In this document: positions 1 to 8,184 of the stretch, piece by piece
How positions within the stretch are numbered: the stretch's first letter is position 1
Layout of the letters: each line of letters begins with the position of its first letter
Virus record (IMG/VR): IMGVR_UViG_3300046010_009647
Coordinates: 15,500 to 79,499 of that record
DNA from: a virus
Length of the DNA stretch: 64,000 nucleotides
Reading direction: 5' to 3' (one strand)
Notes under the pieces: model-generated
Told to the model about the DNA's origin: nothing
The model's input: only the letters and a program-made list of their open reading frames with translations
The model's database searches: none
Translations under genes and position numbers: made by a program

Positions 1-80
1 CCACAAAAATACCTTCCTCTTTACGGAATGGACATTACTACGTCCACTAATGCGACAATGGAGGATATTGCGGAAGTCAT

Positions 81-437
81 GTGAGCAATGGCCGGCACCT
101 GATCCTGGATCTTTACGACTGTGATCAAGAAATCCTGAATGATTATGAGGAGCTTCAACGATTGCTTGAGGCTTCTCTCGTCATGGCAAAAGCAAATGTC
201 CTACGGATCTTTGGGGAAAAGTTCCAGCCACAGGGTGTAACGCTCTTGGCATTACTGTCTGAATCACATGCATCAATCCATACATGGCCAGAGATTGGCT
301 ATTGTGCTATCGATCTTTATACATGTGGTAATACGACACAGACGCATCGAGCGGCTGAGTTTTTGAAAACAAAACTTAAGGCAAAAACATCAGAAGAAAA
401 AGAGTTGGTAAGGTCAATAACACCTACAGCTGTCTGA
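81..437 (+). CDS. speD: S-adenosylmethionine decarboxylase proenzyme (polyamine synthesis)
   Basis: GRHLILDLYDC N-terminus, LLSESHASIHTWPE pyruvoyl self-cleavage motif, DLYTCG; GTG start. Confidence 0.95.
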   Translation: MSNGRHLILDLYDCDQEILNDYEELQRLLEASLVMAKANVLRIFGEKFQPQGVTLLALLSESHASIHTWPEIGYCAIDLYTCGNTTQTHRAAEFLKTKLKAKTSEEKELVRSITPTAV

Positions 438-497
438 GTAATAGTGTTAACAGGGCTGAGCAATTTATAATAAAGAAATCAAAGTAGTTGTAAAAAG

Positions 498-2069
498 ATG
501 GCGGGCACTCTACGGCTCAGCAACACTGGTACTGGTAACGGTCAAAGTACAATCACCACTGCAGCATCAGGTGATACCACGTACACCTTACCCAGTGGTG
601 GTGGTACCTTTGTAACAACTTCTTCTACACAAGCATTAACCGTACCTTTTGCTTCTGGTACTGTTAGTGCACCTTCTGTTACATTTCTTGGGGATAGTAA
701 TACTGGTATTTATTCCCCAGCTGCAGATACAATTGCATTCACAGAAGGTGGTGTTGAATCCTTAAGGATTGACTCCTCAGGCCGAGTAGGGATTGGCACT
801 ACTAGCCCTTTGGCTCCGCTTCACATAAATAGCGCTGGCGCTGACAACATTGCAGTTCGCATGTCGAACTCGCTGAACACTTGTGTAGTAGGGCCGATCG
901 CCGACGGCACTCTAAATGTTTTTAGCAACTCTGCGCTTCCAATTGTCTTTTCTACAAGCGCAATCGAACGCGCCCGCATCGACAGCTCGGGACGCCTGTT
1001 AGTTGGCACGTCTACAAGCATTACCTCGGCCGGCACAAGCGGTGGTGGTGCTGGATCTACCCCAGCTTTGCAAGTAGTTCACCCTTATCAAAACATTAAT
1101 CTTGCTGGTATTAGTCTTTCTCGCTTCCAAGCGTCCAACCCGTACGGAGCCGTTTTTACCATACAAAAAAGCAAAAATGATACTATTGGTAGCCATGCAG
1201 TAGTTGCTAGCGGTGATGAGCTAGGTGTCATTTCCTTTGATGGAAGCAACGGCACAGCTTTTAATACGGCAGCCACTATTAGCGCTGTTGTAGACGGCAC
1301 CCCCGGCGCCAACGACATGCCGGGCAGGTTAGTGTTCTCCACTACCGCCGACGGAGCGAGCAGCCCGACGGAGCGGATGAGGATTGATAAAGATGGAAAC
1401 GCAGTTTTTAAGACGGACAACTTTAGTAGGACTCGTTTTGACAATATTAGCGGGAATGTTTACGGTATTCTGCTCGGAGCGTCCACTAGTGGTATTATTC
1501 AGGCCGCAAAGAATGACGGCCCTGTTATCTCATTAAACCGCACAAATTCAGACGGAAGTGTTGTAGACATCATCCAAGACGGCACAGTTGAAGGCACAAT
1601 CTCTGTATCCGGCACCACCGTCAGCTACAACGGTGCTCACCTCTCCCGCTGGTCACAACTCCCCGGTGGCACAGAGCGCACTGAAATCATGCGCGGCACT
1701 GTACTAAGCAACATCGACGAGATGTGCGAGTGGGGCGAGGAAAACAACGAACAGCTCAACCGCATGAAGGTGAGTGACGTTGAAGGTGATCCCAACGTGT
1801 CCGGTGTGTTCCAAGTCTGGGACGATGACGGCGACACTTACACCGACGACTTCTACTGCGCGATGACGGGTGACTTCATCATCCGCATTGCCGAAGGTGT
1901 CACCGTGCAGCGTGGACAGCTTCTTATGTCAGCGGGTGACGGAACTGCAAAGCCACAAGGTGATGGCTTTGTTCAAGACAAAACAATAGCCAAAGTCACA
2001 TCAACTCATGTCACATGTACCTACGATGATGGCAGCTACTGCGTGCCTTGCGTGCTGATGGCTTGCTAA
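498..2069 (+). CDS. Tail fibre / receptor-binding protein with putative C-terminal chaperone-like domain
   Basis: Repeated RIDSSGR(V/L) and ERMRI fibre modules, GDSNTGIYSP module, Cys-rich C-terminus (YCVPCVLMAC). Confidence 0.8.
   Translation: MAGTLRLSNTGTGNGQSTITTAASGDTTYTLPSGGGTFVTTSSTQALTVPFASGTVSAPSVTFLGDSNTGIYSPAADTIAFTEGGVESLRIDSSGRVGIGTTSPLAPLHINSAGADNIAVRMSNSLNTCVVGPIADGTLNVFSNSALPIVFSTSAIERARIDSSGRLLVGTSTSITSAGTSGGGAGSTPALQVVHPYQNINLAGISLSRFQASNPYGAVFTIQKSKNDTIGSHAVVASGDELGVISFDGSNGTAFNTAATISAVVDGTPGANDMPGRLVFSTTADGASSPTERMRIDKDGNAVFKTDNFSRTRFDNISGNVYGILLGASTSGIIQAAKNDGPVISLNRTNSDGSVVDIIQDGTVEGTISVSGTTVSYNGAHLSRWSQLPGGTERTEIMRGTVLSNIDEMCEWGEENNEQLNRMKVSDVEGDPNVSGVFQVWDDDGDTYTDDFYCAMTGDFIIRIAEGVTVQRGQLLMSAGDGTAKPQGDGFVQDKTIAKVTSTHVTCTYDDGSYCVPCVLMAC
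971..1014 (+). repeat. 44-bp perfect inverted repeat, partner 9167-9210
   Basis: cgcccgcatcgacagctcgggacgcctgttagttggcacgtcta equals the reverse complement of 9167-9210. Confidence 0.95.
1344..1385 (+). repeat. 42-bp perfect inverted repeat, partner 8811-8852
   Basis: accgccgacggagcgagcagcccgacggagcggatgaggatt equals the reverse complement of 8811-8852; extends further with synonymous mismatches. Confidence 0.95.
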
Positions 2070-2114
2070 GCCGCGTAGTCCTACTCACTAAAAACTGTCA
2101 TATAAACTCTCGAT

Positions 2115-3425
2115 TTGTGTATAGTAAATCGAGAGTATTTTATTACCTTGAAAAAGAAGACTAAGGTGTTGTGGTGTGGTGATATCGTCGCCATGACCGG
2201 TTTTGCTCGTGTAACTGAAAATGTCATCTACCGTCTAAAAGACGACTTTGATATCGTCGTACTTGCTCACAACTGGTGGGGTGATCCATGTGAGCAGCAG
2301 AAGGACTTCAAGATGTATCCTTCTTCTAATCGTTTTCAAACCGCACCATTTGGTGAACAACGCATTCGTGAGATCGTTGAGCGTGAACAACCCGACATCG
2401 TCTTCACGATCAATGACATGTGGATCATTAACGCACAGTACCAGCAGATCCAAGACCTTCATAAACAAGGTAAATTCAAGTTCGTGGGTTATGCACCCAT
2501 GGATTCGTATGGTTGGATTGGTTGTTTAGCAGATACAGCCAACGAGTGGGATGCCATCATTTCTTACACGGAATTTGGTGCGCACGAATTTGTGAAAGGT
2601 GGTATCCGTAAACCAATCGCCGTCATCCCCCATGGTGTAACACCAGGGCAGTTCTATCCCATGGATAGGGATGAGTGCCGCCGCAAGCTTGGGTTGGATG
2701 AAGACCTGTTTATTGTGTTCAACGGGAATAGGAATCAGTTTCGGAAACGACAGGACATTACGATCCAGGCCTTTGCCAAATTTGCAGTTGGTAAACCAGA
2801 AGCACGGTTGTACCTCCATATGGGACTGAAGGATCAAGGTTGGGATGTGATGGGTGTTTTCGGTAGGGAGATGTCAAAGGTGGGGCTCGATCCCAATGGA
2901 CGCATCATCATGACCACGCAGACGGATGGTCCGCCAAACGTATCGGTGGAAATGCTCAATATCATCTACAACGCATGTGATGTGGGCGTTAATACCTGCA
3001 AGGGTGAGGGATGGGGGCTTGTCAACTTTGAACACGCCGCATGTGGTGTGCCGCAAGTGGTGCCCGACCACACGTCTTGCAAGGAGATCTTCGAGGGCTA
3101 TGGCGAACTGATCCGTTGCGACCACGTTGATGTGGACACCAACTACGCAAGGGAGATGCCATGCCCATCCTCCGAGCACCTTACCGAGATCTTGGAGTAC
3201 CTGTACCAAGACAAGGGTATTCGTGAATGGGTTGGCACACGCTGCCGGGAACGCGTGATGGATCCACAGTTCTCATGGGACACTGTTGCGTCTCAATTTG
3301 GTGGCATCTTTGAGGACGTGATGAACGAAGTGGATCATTCGGTCCCAACTGAGATCAGTGAGAAGCCACGAAAGCAGAAGAAAAGCAAAAGTCTGCGGAA
3401 GGAAAAGGCAAGTGCGATAGCCTGA
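2115..3425 (+). CDS. Glycosyltransferase family 4 (GT-B); true start may be TTG 2148
   Basis: TGFARV N-terminal motif, IPHGV, RNQFRK, GEGWGLVNFEHAACGVP (EX7E). Confidence 0.9.
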   Translation: MCIVNREYFITLKKKTKVLWCGDIVAMTGFARVTENVIYRLKDDFDIVVLAHNWWGDPCEQQKDFKMYPSSNRFQTAPFGEQRIREIVEREQPDIVFTINDMWIINAQYQQIQDLHKQGKFKFVGYAPMDSYGWIGCLADTANEWDAIISYTEFGAHEFVKGGIRKPIAVIPHGVTPGQFYPMDRDECRRKLGLDEDLFIVFNGNRNQFRKRQDITIQAFAKFAVGKPEARLYLHMGLKDQGWDVMGVFGREMSKVGLDPNGRIIMTTQTDGPPNVSVEMLNIIYNACDVGVNTCKGEGWGLVNFEHAACGVPQVVPDHTSCKEIFEGYGELIRCDHVDVDTNYAREMPCPSSEHLTEILEYLYQDKGIREWVGTRCRERVMDPQFSWDTVASQFGGIFEDVMNEVDHSVPTEISEKPRKQKKSKSLRKEKASAIA

Positions 3426-3446
3426 TCAAGCGTCAAGGGGAACCAG

Positions 3447-3472
3447 GCCTCTGCTTCGGCAGGGGCTTTTTT
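3447..3472 (+). terminator. Rho-independent terminator
   Basis: GCCTCTGC-TTCG-GCAGGGGC followed by T6. Confidence 0.85.
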
Positions 3473-3601
3473 GTGCCCATAAGTAGGTATGTGCAGCCAG
3501 TAGATGCGACAACCGTCTTCTAGACCCTTTTAACAGGTGCTACTACGTCCGTATTTATCTTACGTAAGCCGTGCGCGGTTTTTGATCAAAAGTGTCATTG
3601 T

Positions 3602-3630
3602 TGAGAACAGTTCTCAGTCTTATGTAAGAC
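3602..3630. promoter_or_regulatory. Adjacent palindromes (7-1-7 and 6-2-6) in an AT-rich intergenic region
   Basis: TGAGAAC-A-GTTCTCA immediately followed by GTCTTA-TG-TAAGAC. Confidence 0.5.
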
Positions 3631-3769
3631 AAAAATAAGACAATCAAGAGAGTGAGACACTTTTAAACAAAACATGCTCATGACTTAGATATAGTAAATA
3701 AGTATGTAGTAGCACCTATCTCAAGGTGATTTGACCGTGCATACCTTGCATATATGTGCTTGATGGTCT

Positions 3770-4222
3770 ATGCTGCCCTGGTACGCCCTGGTCCCAATGG
3801 CCCGCACATATCAAGAGATGCCACCCCTGTGGTGGGTCCAGGAAAATTTGGAGCTTGGCTCTGATCATCCTTGTGGTCTCAAGTGGAAAACGTCTGACCG
3901 CTACCACGATGCCGGTGATGCTGCGGGAAAAACCACTAGCCACGGCAGGTTTTACACCGTATCCATGCTTGGTATTCGGTATCCAGCGCACCGTGTGGTG
4001 TATTACTTGCGTACTGGTGACGACCCAAAGGATGCGGATGTTCTTCACGACAAAGACAACATTGCTCGTGACAACCGTTTAAACCTGACGTTGTATAAAC
4101 GACGTACACGCCCAGCGCCTAAGTACAGGCGTCGTGTCCGGGACGAAGAAGGTAATCTTGTCTTCAGAGATCCCCATACCAATTACCGCTTTATTGACAA
4201 AGGAGATTTCTCAAATGGCTGA
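3770..4222 (+). CDS. HNH_3-like endonuclease
   Basis: GLKWK...YPAHRVVYYLRTG...VLHDKDNIARDNRLNL resembles HNH homing endonucleases. Confidence 0.6.
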   Translation: MLPWYALVPMARTYQEMPPLWWVQENLELGSDHPCGLKWKTSDRYHDAGDAAGKTTSHGRFYTVSMLGIRYPAHRVVYYLRTGDDPKDADVLHDKDNIARDNRLNLTLYKRRTRPAPKYRRRVRDEEGNLVFRDPHTNYRFIDKGDFSNG

Positions 4223-4955
4223 TATCACCAAGCAACTTCTTAATGCAGCAAAATCAATTTCCATTATTCCTTTTATTCCCAACATCAATGAACTATCTGA
4301 TGGTGAACTCGCCCTTCACGGTTTATATCGTGGGTATTACTGTGCTCATGGACACCGCATCCGTGATCAAGACAAGCATTGGTGCTATGAATGCGTCCGT
4401 AAAATCCAAAACAACAACTGTGGATTTGACATCAACTACCTCAACAAAAACTACAAGTCCAGATTGTTTATGCTCTGGAATCAAATTTCTGTTGGTGAGT
4501 GGGATGACTGCTGGGAAGTACCTTGGCTTGCTACAAAACGTACGAGGTTTCCTTCTTACCGCACATTAAACAACTCAAAGACCAATGACAATGTCAATAT
4601 CCACAAGGTGATCTACCAATGTGCCTGGGGAGACGTTGGCAAGATGTTTGTCACACGCACGTGCAAAAACAAGAACTGTCTCAATCCTCTTCATTTAGTT
4701 TCAAGTTGGAATCGCACATTCCCTCCTAAGACTATCCATCCATTCTGTGTTGAGTTTGATCCAGCAAAGGCAATGCAACATGCGCAGAATCAACTGAGAA
4801 ATAAACCCATCCCTATTATTGAGCAGCAATACAAAAACACAATACAACATCCGTTGGTACACAAAAATACCCCGGATTATGATGATATACAGGAGTTGTA
4901 TTACGGTTCATATGTCCAGGAGTTCGGTAAGTCAGCCACAAAGAACTCAGAATAA
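4215..4955 (+). CDS. Zn-binding protein with degenerate His-Me endonuclease-like domain
   Basis: AGGAG before ATG 4215; CxxGH...CxxC, DDCWE, IHKVIY...RTCKNKNCLNPLHL. Confidence 0.55.
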   Translation: MADITKQLLNAAKSISIIPFIPNINELSDGELALHGLYRGYYCAHGHRIRDQDKHWCYECVRKIQNNNCGFDINYLNKNYKSRLFMLWNQISVGEWDDCWEVPWLATKRTRFPSYRTLNNSKTNDNVNIHKVIYQCAWGDVGKMFVTRTCKNKNCLNPLHLVSSWNRTFPPKTIHPFCVEFDPAKAMQHAQNQLRNKPIPIIEQQYKNTIQHPLVHKNTPDYDDIQELYYGSYVQEFGKSATKNSE

Positions 4956-5850
4956 TCCTTTAAATCTCGGTACGTTTAGTCAAACGTCACTGCGTTATCT
5001 CAAAGGAACTCTTGGACCTCAGTGGAAAGTCATTGGTCGCGCTGATACCAGCCAAACATCTAATGGTGGTATTGGCGGAGGGACCTTCAATCATTGGTTC
5101 CTGATCAATATCACGAGCCCTGCTTGGATTATCTTGACAAAAGGACCGCCGCGTCCTCAGTACATTCAAGTATCTGCTTATGACCTAAATAAATCACCTA
5201 TCCAAGGTGATTCAATTTTTGATGCGGATTCGGTCCAGGTTGTTTCTGGTAATGAAATCTACATCCCGTATTTAGATACGGTGATGAATACACAATCAGA
5301 TCTATACAATACATTTTCACGTTATCGTTTAGATCGAGGAGATGATCGTTACTATCCTTTATCTGCAGGTAGCTATCTCATTTGTGTTTCATCTACACGT
5401 AATGAAACGCTTAACTACGAACTTGGTGTTGTCATTGAGTTTCCTTCCAACGAAGTTTTTATTGCACTAGAAGATTTTGACGGCAGTGTCTTTTTAACCG
5501 AGACACAACCTGACCCAGATAAAGAAATTTTAATTAAATCTCCTATTACAACAAATACAACAATTAGTACAGATCCAGAGCGCCCCAATGCTTATAGCCC
5601 ATCACTTGCATCAATCGATGCAGGCGTTATTGTCACCGTCCTCAATGGATCAACCTGGTTTGTAGGCGTGCCTATTCCAGATGACATTGCCCAAGACGAC
5701 TCAAAAATTATTGCAGAACCAGGAAATGACGTTTATTATGATACATTCCATGATCATTCATTATCAGAATGGCGTACTGCATGGGAGCGTGAACACCAAG
5801 ATACCGATAAATTCCCCGATGTATTTGTTCCTTTAGTTAATAGACCATGA
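4912..5850 (+). CDS. Hypothetical, probably virion beta-rich protein
   Basis: Long ORF, NPLNLG and LSAGSYLICV beta-sandwich-like segments. Confidence 0.5.
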   Translation: MSRSSVSQPQRTQNNPLNLGTFSQTSLRYLKGTLGPQWKVIGRADTSQTSNGGIGGGTFNHWFLINITSPAWIILTKGPPRPQYIQVSAYDLNKSPIQGDSIFDADSVQVVSGNEIYIPYLDTVMNTQSDLYNTFSRYRLDRGDDRYYPLSAGSYLICVSSTRNETLNYELGVVIEFPSNEVFIALEDFDGSVFLTETQPDPDKEILIKSPITTNTTISTDPERPNAYSPSLASIDAGVIVTVLNGSTWFVGVPIPDDIAQDDSKIIAEPGNDVYYDTFHDHSLSEWRTAWEREHQDTDKFPDVFVPLVNRP

Positions 5851-5969
5851 TTAAACAACTCCTTGCTTTGTTTCGTAAAACTCCACCCAAGCATTCCCCG
5901 CAAGTTGCTTGGTTGCGTTATTGTATAGAAAATCCTGAAGCCCCAGGATGCCGCATTTATGACGTATGA
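5847..5969 (+). CDS. CP12-like peptide (C-terminal Cys loop only), 40 aa
   Basis: Hand translation MIKQLLALFRKTPPKHSPQVAWLRYCIENPEAPGCRIYDV; ATGA overlap with the upstream stop. Confidence 0.75.
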   Translation: MIKQLLALFRKTPPKHSPQVAWLRYCIENPEAPGCRIYDV

Positions 5970-6106
5970 CAAAAACAAACGACAAGCCTGAAGAAAAAAA
6001 GAAAAAATGTCAGGAAAATAACACACGGATTTACGCTGCTACCGAGAAAGATTGGGAAGACTTCTTTGCTGCACAAGAAGATCTAGATTATTTATTTGAT
6101 CGTTGA
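5966..6106 (+). CDS. Small hypothetical protein, 46 aa
   Basis: ATGA-coupled ORF MTKTNDKPEEKKK...DWEDFFAAQEDLDYLFDR. Confidence 0.5.
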   Translation: MTKTNDKPEEKKKKCQENNTRIYAATEKDWEDFFAAQEDLDYLFDR

Positions 6107-6142
6107 TATCCCGTTTTACAATAAAAGAAACGGGAGATACCC

Positions 6143-6307
6143 ATGTCTAAACTTAACGAATACATTGAAGTGGCTCTTGCCATTCACGCAGCTGCGTCTG
6201 CTATCTGTGCATTGACTCCTACACCAAAGGATGATGACATCCTGCGTAAAGCCTATAAAGTCCTGGAGTTCCTGGCACTGAACATTGGTCGTGCCAAAGA
6301 GCGTTGA
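6143..6307 (+). CDS. Small membrane protein, possible holin, 54 aa
   Basis: GGAG RBS; hydrophobic helix then TPTPKDDD; next to the endolysin. Confidence 0.55.
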   Translation: MSKLNEYIEVALAIHAAASAICALTPTPKDDDILRKAYKVLEFLALNIGRAKER

Positions 6308-6469
6308 TTAATCAGGCAATGCCTGAAACCAGAACACGCACCCGCCTTGTTCTTCTACCCAATCTCTGGTTTCATATGCGTGCTCCTTTGGTAGGGTCAC
6401 GCATTTTTTCTCATCTCCAATTTGCCAGCACATATTGACGCGGATGCGCGGCTCTTTGTATTTTTTCAC
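6308..6469 (-). CDS. Hypothetical protein
   Basis: ORF just after the endolysin; GTG start assumed. Confidence 0.45.
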   Translation of the reverse strand: MKKYKEPRIRVNMCWQIGDEKKCVTLPKEHAYETRDWVEEQGGCVFWFQALPD

Positions 6470-6470
6470 G

Positions 6471-7481
6471 TCAGTAATCCCAGCGCACGCGTGGCTTGCC
6501 TTCTCTGATGCCAAGATGGATGAATCCTTTTGGTGCACCATAGCCTAGCGAGTAAGGCCAATTTTTGTCACACCAGTCTTGCACAGTGTAGACATCGACT
6601 CCATCCACGTAAAAGTCAACGGCACCTTTAGATGGGGCGTTGTAAGTGTGCTCACTGTTCTTAGCACCTCCTACTTGCGTATTGATGGGTTCCGGACGAG
6701 CAGCACTAGTGATAATCAATGGTTTATTGCCAAACTGTTTACGTACTTTCTCAAGGAATAAACACAGTTCTTTTGCTGTGTCGCATTGGTATTGTTTTGT
6801 AAAACGACGTGCTTCCTGATTTAAAGTTAATTCACCGTACGTGATGTTAGGTGTGATCTTGTACGTGAATGGGCTCCAAGGATTGAAGTTGTTGTTGTGT
6901 GGGTTTTGATCTTCTTTCTCTCCAATGTTTTGGAGCTGTCGATCCATGATTTGAATTAATTTGGTGCTGTAGTCAGGATCTGTGGCGTATCCTTCCTTTA
7001 CCAATAGACGAGCACATTCATTCCTACTAGTAGCACGATTCACACCTTTAAAACGACCGAAGTCTTTGTACCAGCGATCAACGAGGTAACAAACACAGGT
7101 TTGTATGTTGGGAAAATCAATAAAGCCAGCCTTGATTGTGACCCATTGACCATTAATGAATTCTTGAGTACTGACATTAGAGCCAGATCCCTTTAAACCA
7201 AAGTAATTATTGACACCTGATGTGTGCTTGCCCCAGCCTGACTCGAGTGCCCACTGTGCAGCGACACATTCAGGCCATTTAGCGCCAGCTTGTTTTGCGG
7301 CCGCAAGAACACCGTCCCAAGTATTGGAGGTTTCTGGTTGTGGTTTTGGCTTATTGCGATATTTAACGGCAAAAGACTCCAGTGTCTCAGGTGTTAACTG
7401 AGACTGGAGCCATTCCCATGCGTCAATTTGATGCAGCTCTTTCGTAAAGAACTCAGCAGCATCCGTTAGTTTGATTGACAT
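6471..7481 (-). CDS. Endolysin: glucosaminidase (GH73) plus peptidase M15 domains
   Basis: AQWALESGWG, NNYFGLKG, GYATDPDY; then IITSAAR...SEH...AVD...FIHLG. Confidence 0.9.
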   Translation of the reverse strand: MSIKLTDAAEFFTKELHQIDAWEWLQSQLTPETLESFAVKYRNKPKPQPETSNTWDGVLAAAKQAGAKWPECVAAQWALESGWGKHTSGVNNYFGLKGSGSNVSTQEFINGQWVTIKAGFIDFPNIQTCVCYLVDRWYKDFGRFKGVNRATSRNECARLLVKEGYATDPDYSTKLIQIMDRQLQNIGEKEDQNPHNNNFNPWSPFTYKITPNITYGELTLNQEARRFTKQYQCDTAKELCLFLEKVRKQFGNKPLIITSAARPEPINTQVGGAKNSEHTYNAPSKGAVDFYVDGVDVYTVQDWCDKNWPYSLGYGAPKGFIHLGIREGKPRVRWDY

Positions 7482-7522
7482 ATCGACCTAGAGCTTTTTA
7501 TTACTCTAGGTCAGGTCAATAA

Positions 7523-7708
7523 TCAAGCAGGTACGGCTTCTTTTACTTCAGTTTCTTCCACTGCTTCTTCCTCTGGAGCAAACTCAAGAGTATCGATCAG
7601 TTGACCAATGAGGTTAGCAGAGAAGGCAATGAGGTTGCCGTCACCAGTGGCACGTGCAGAACCAAAGGAATTAATGGCCGAAACTAGCTGAGACTTTGTG
7701 CAAGCCAT
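7523..7708 (-). CDS. Hypothetical protein
   Basis: ORF with acidic tail in the tail-fibre operon. Confidence 0.55.
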   Translation of the reverse strand: MACTKSQLVSAINSFGSARATGDGNLIAFSANLIGQLIDTLEFAPEEEAVEETEVKEAVPA

Positions 7709-7742
7709 AAAGAACAGATAACTTCAAAAAGTATAACAAAAA

Positions 7743-8066
7743 TCACCAGGGAACGCCAGATTCAGAAGTTGGGTGCAGCTTTGCTTGGATCTGATTGTGT
7801 AGTGCTTCTTCAATTGAAACAACTTGATCAACACCAAGTGCAGCCAAGGTCCACTCAACAACTTGTTCCTTGGTTAAAGAGCTGAAAGGTGTGAAAGAAT
7901 TTGGATTCGGTTTACCAAGACCTACGCTGCCATAACAACCGGCAGTTTTACCGTCTTCTTCTAAAGATGCAGTCCAGTGGACAGTGTACACCGCACCATC
8001 AGGATAGGTATCACCATCGGGAAGATGGCGCTCAAGCTGAGCAATATCCCAAATTGCGTTAGCCAT
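7743..8066 (-). CDS. Tail-fibre-associated / assembly protein
   Basis: VYTVHW...PFSSLTKEQVVEW...GVPW type that typically follows fibre genes. Confidence 0.6.
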   Translation of the reverse strand: MANAIWDIAQLERHLPDGDTYPDGAVYTVHWTASLEEDGKTAGCYGSVGLGKPNPNSFTPFSSLTKEQVVEWTLAALGVDQVVSIEEALHNQIQAKLHPTSESGVPW

Positions 8067-8184
8067 AACAGATGTTTTTTCTTATTCTAGATGCAGTCCA
8101 CTTTGTACCATCCCAGACGTAGTTAACATTACCACTTGAGAAGGTTTGGTTTAATGTTGGTGATGCGGGAAAATTAATAGCCAT
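8059..8184 (-). pseudogene. Truncated N-terminus of a fibre-like gene, 41 aa
   Basis: MAINFPASPTLNQTFSSGNVNYVWDGTKW, then runs into the next gene's promoter and stops. Confidence 0.5.
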
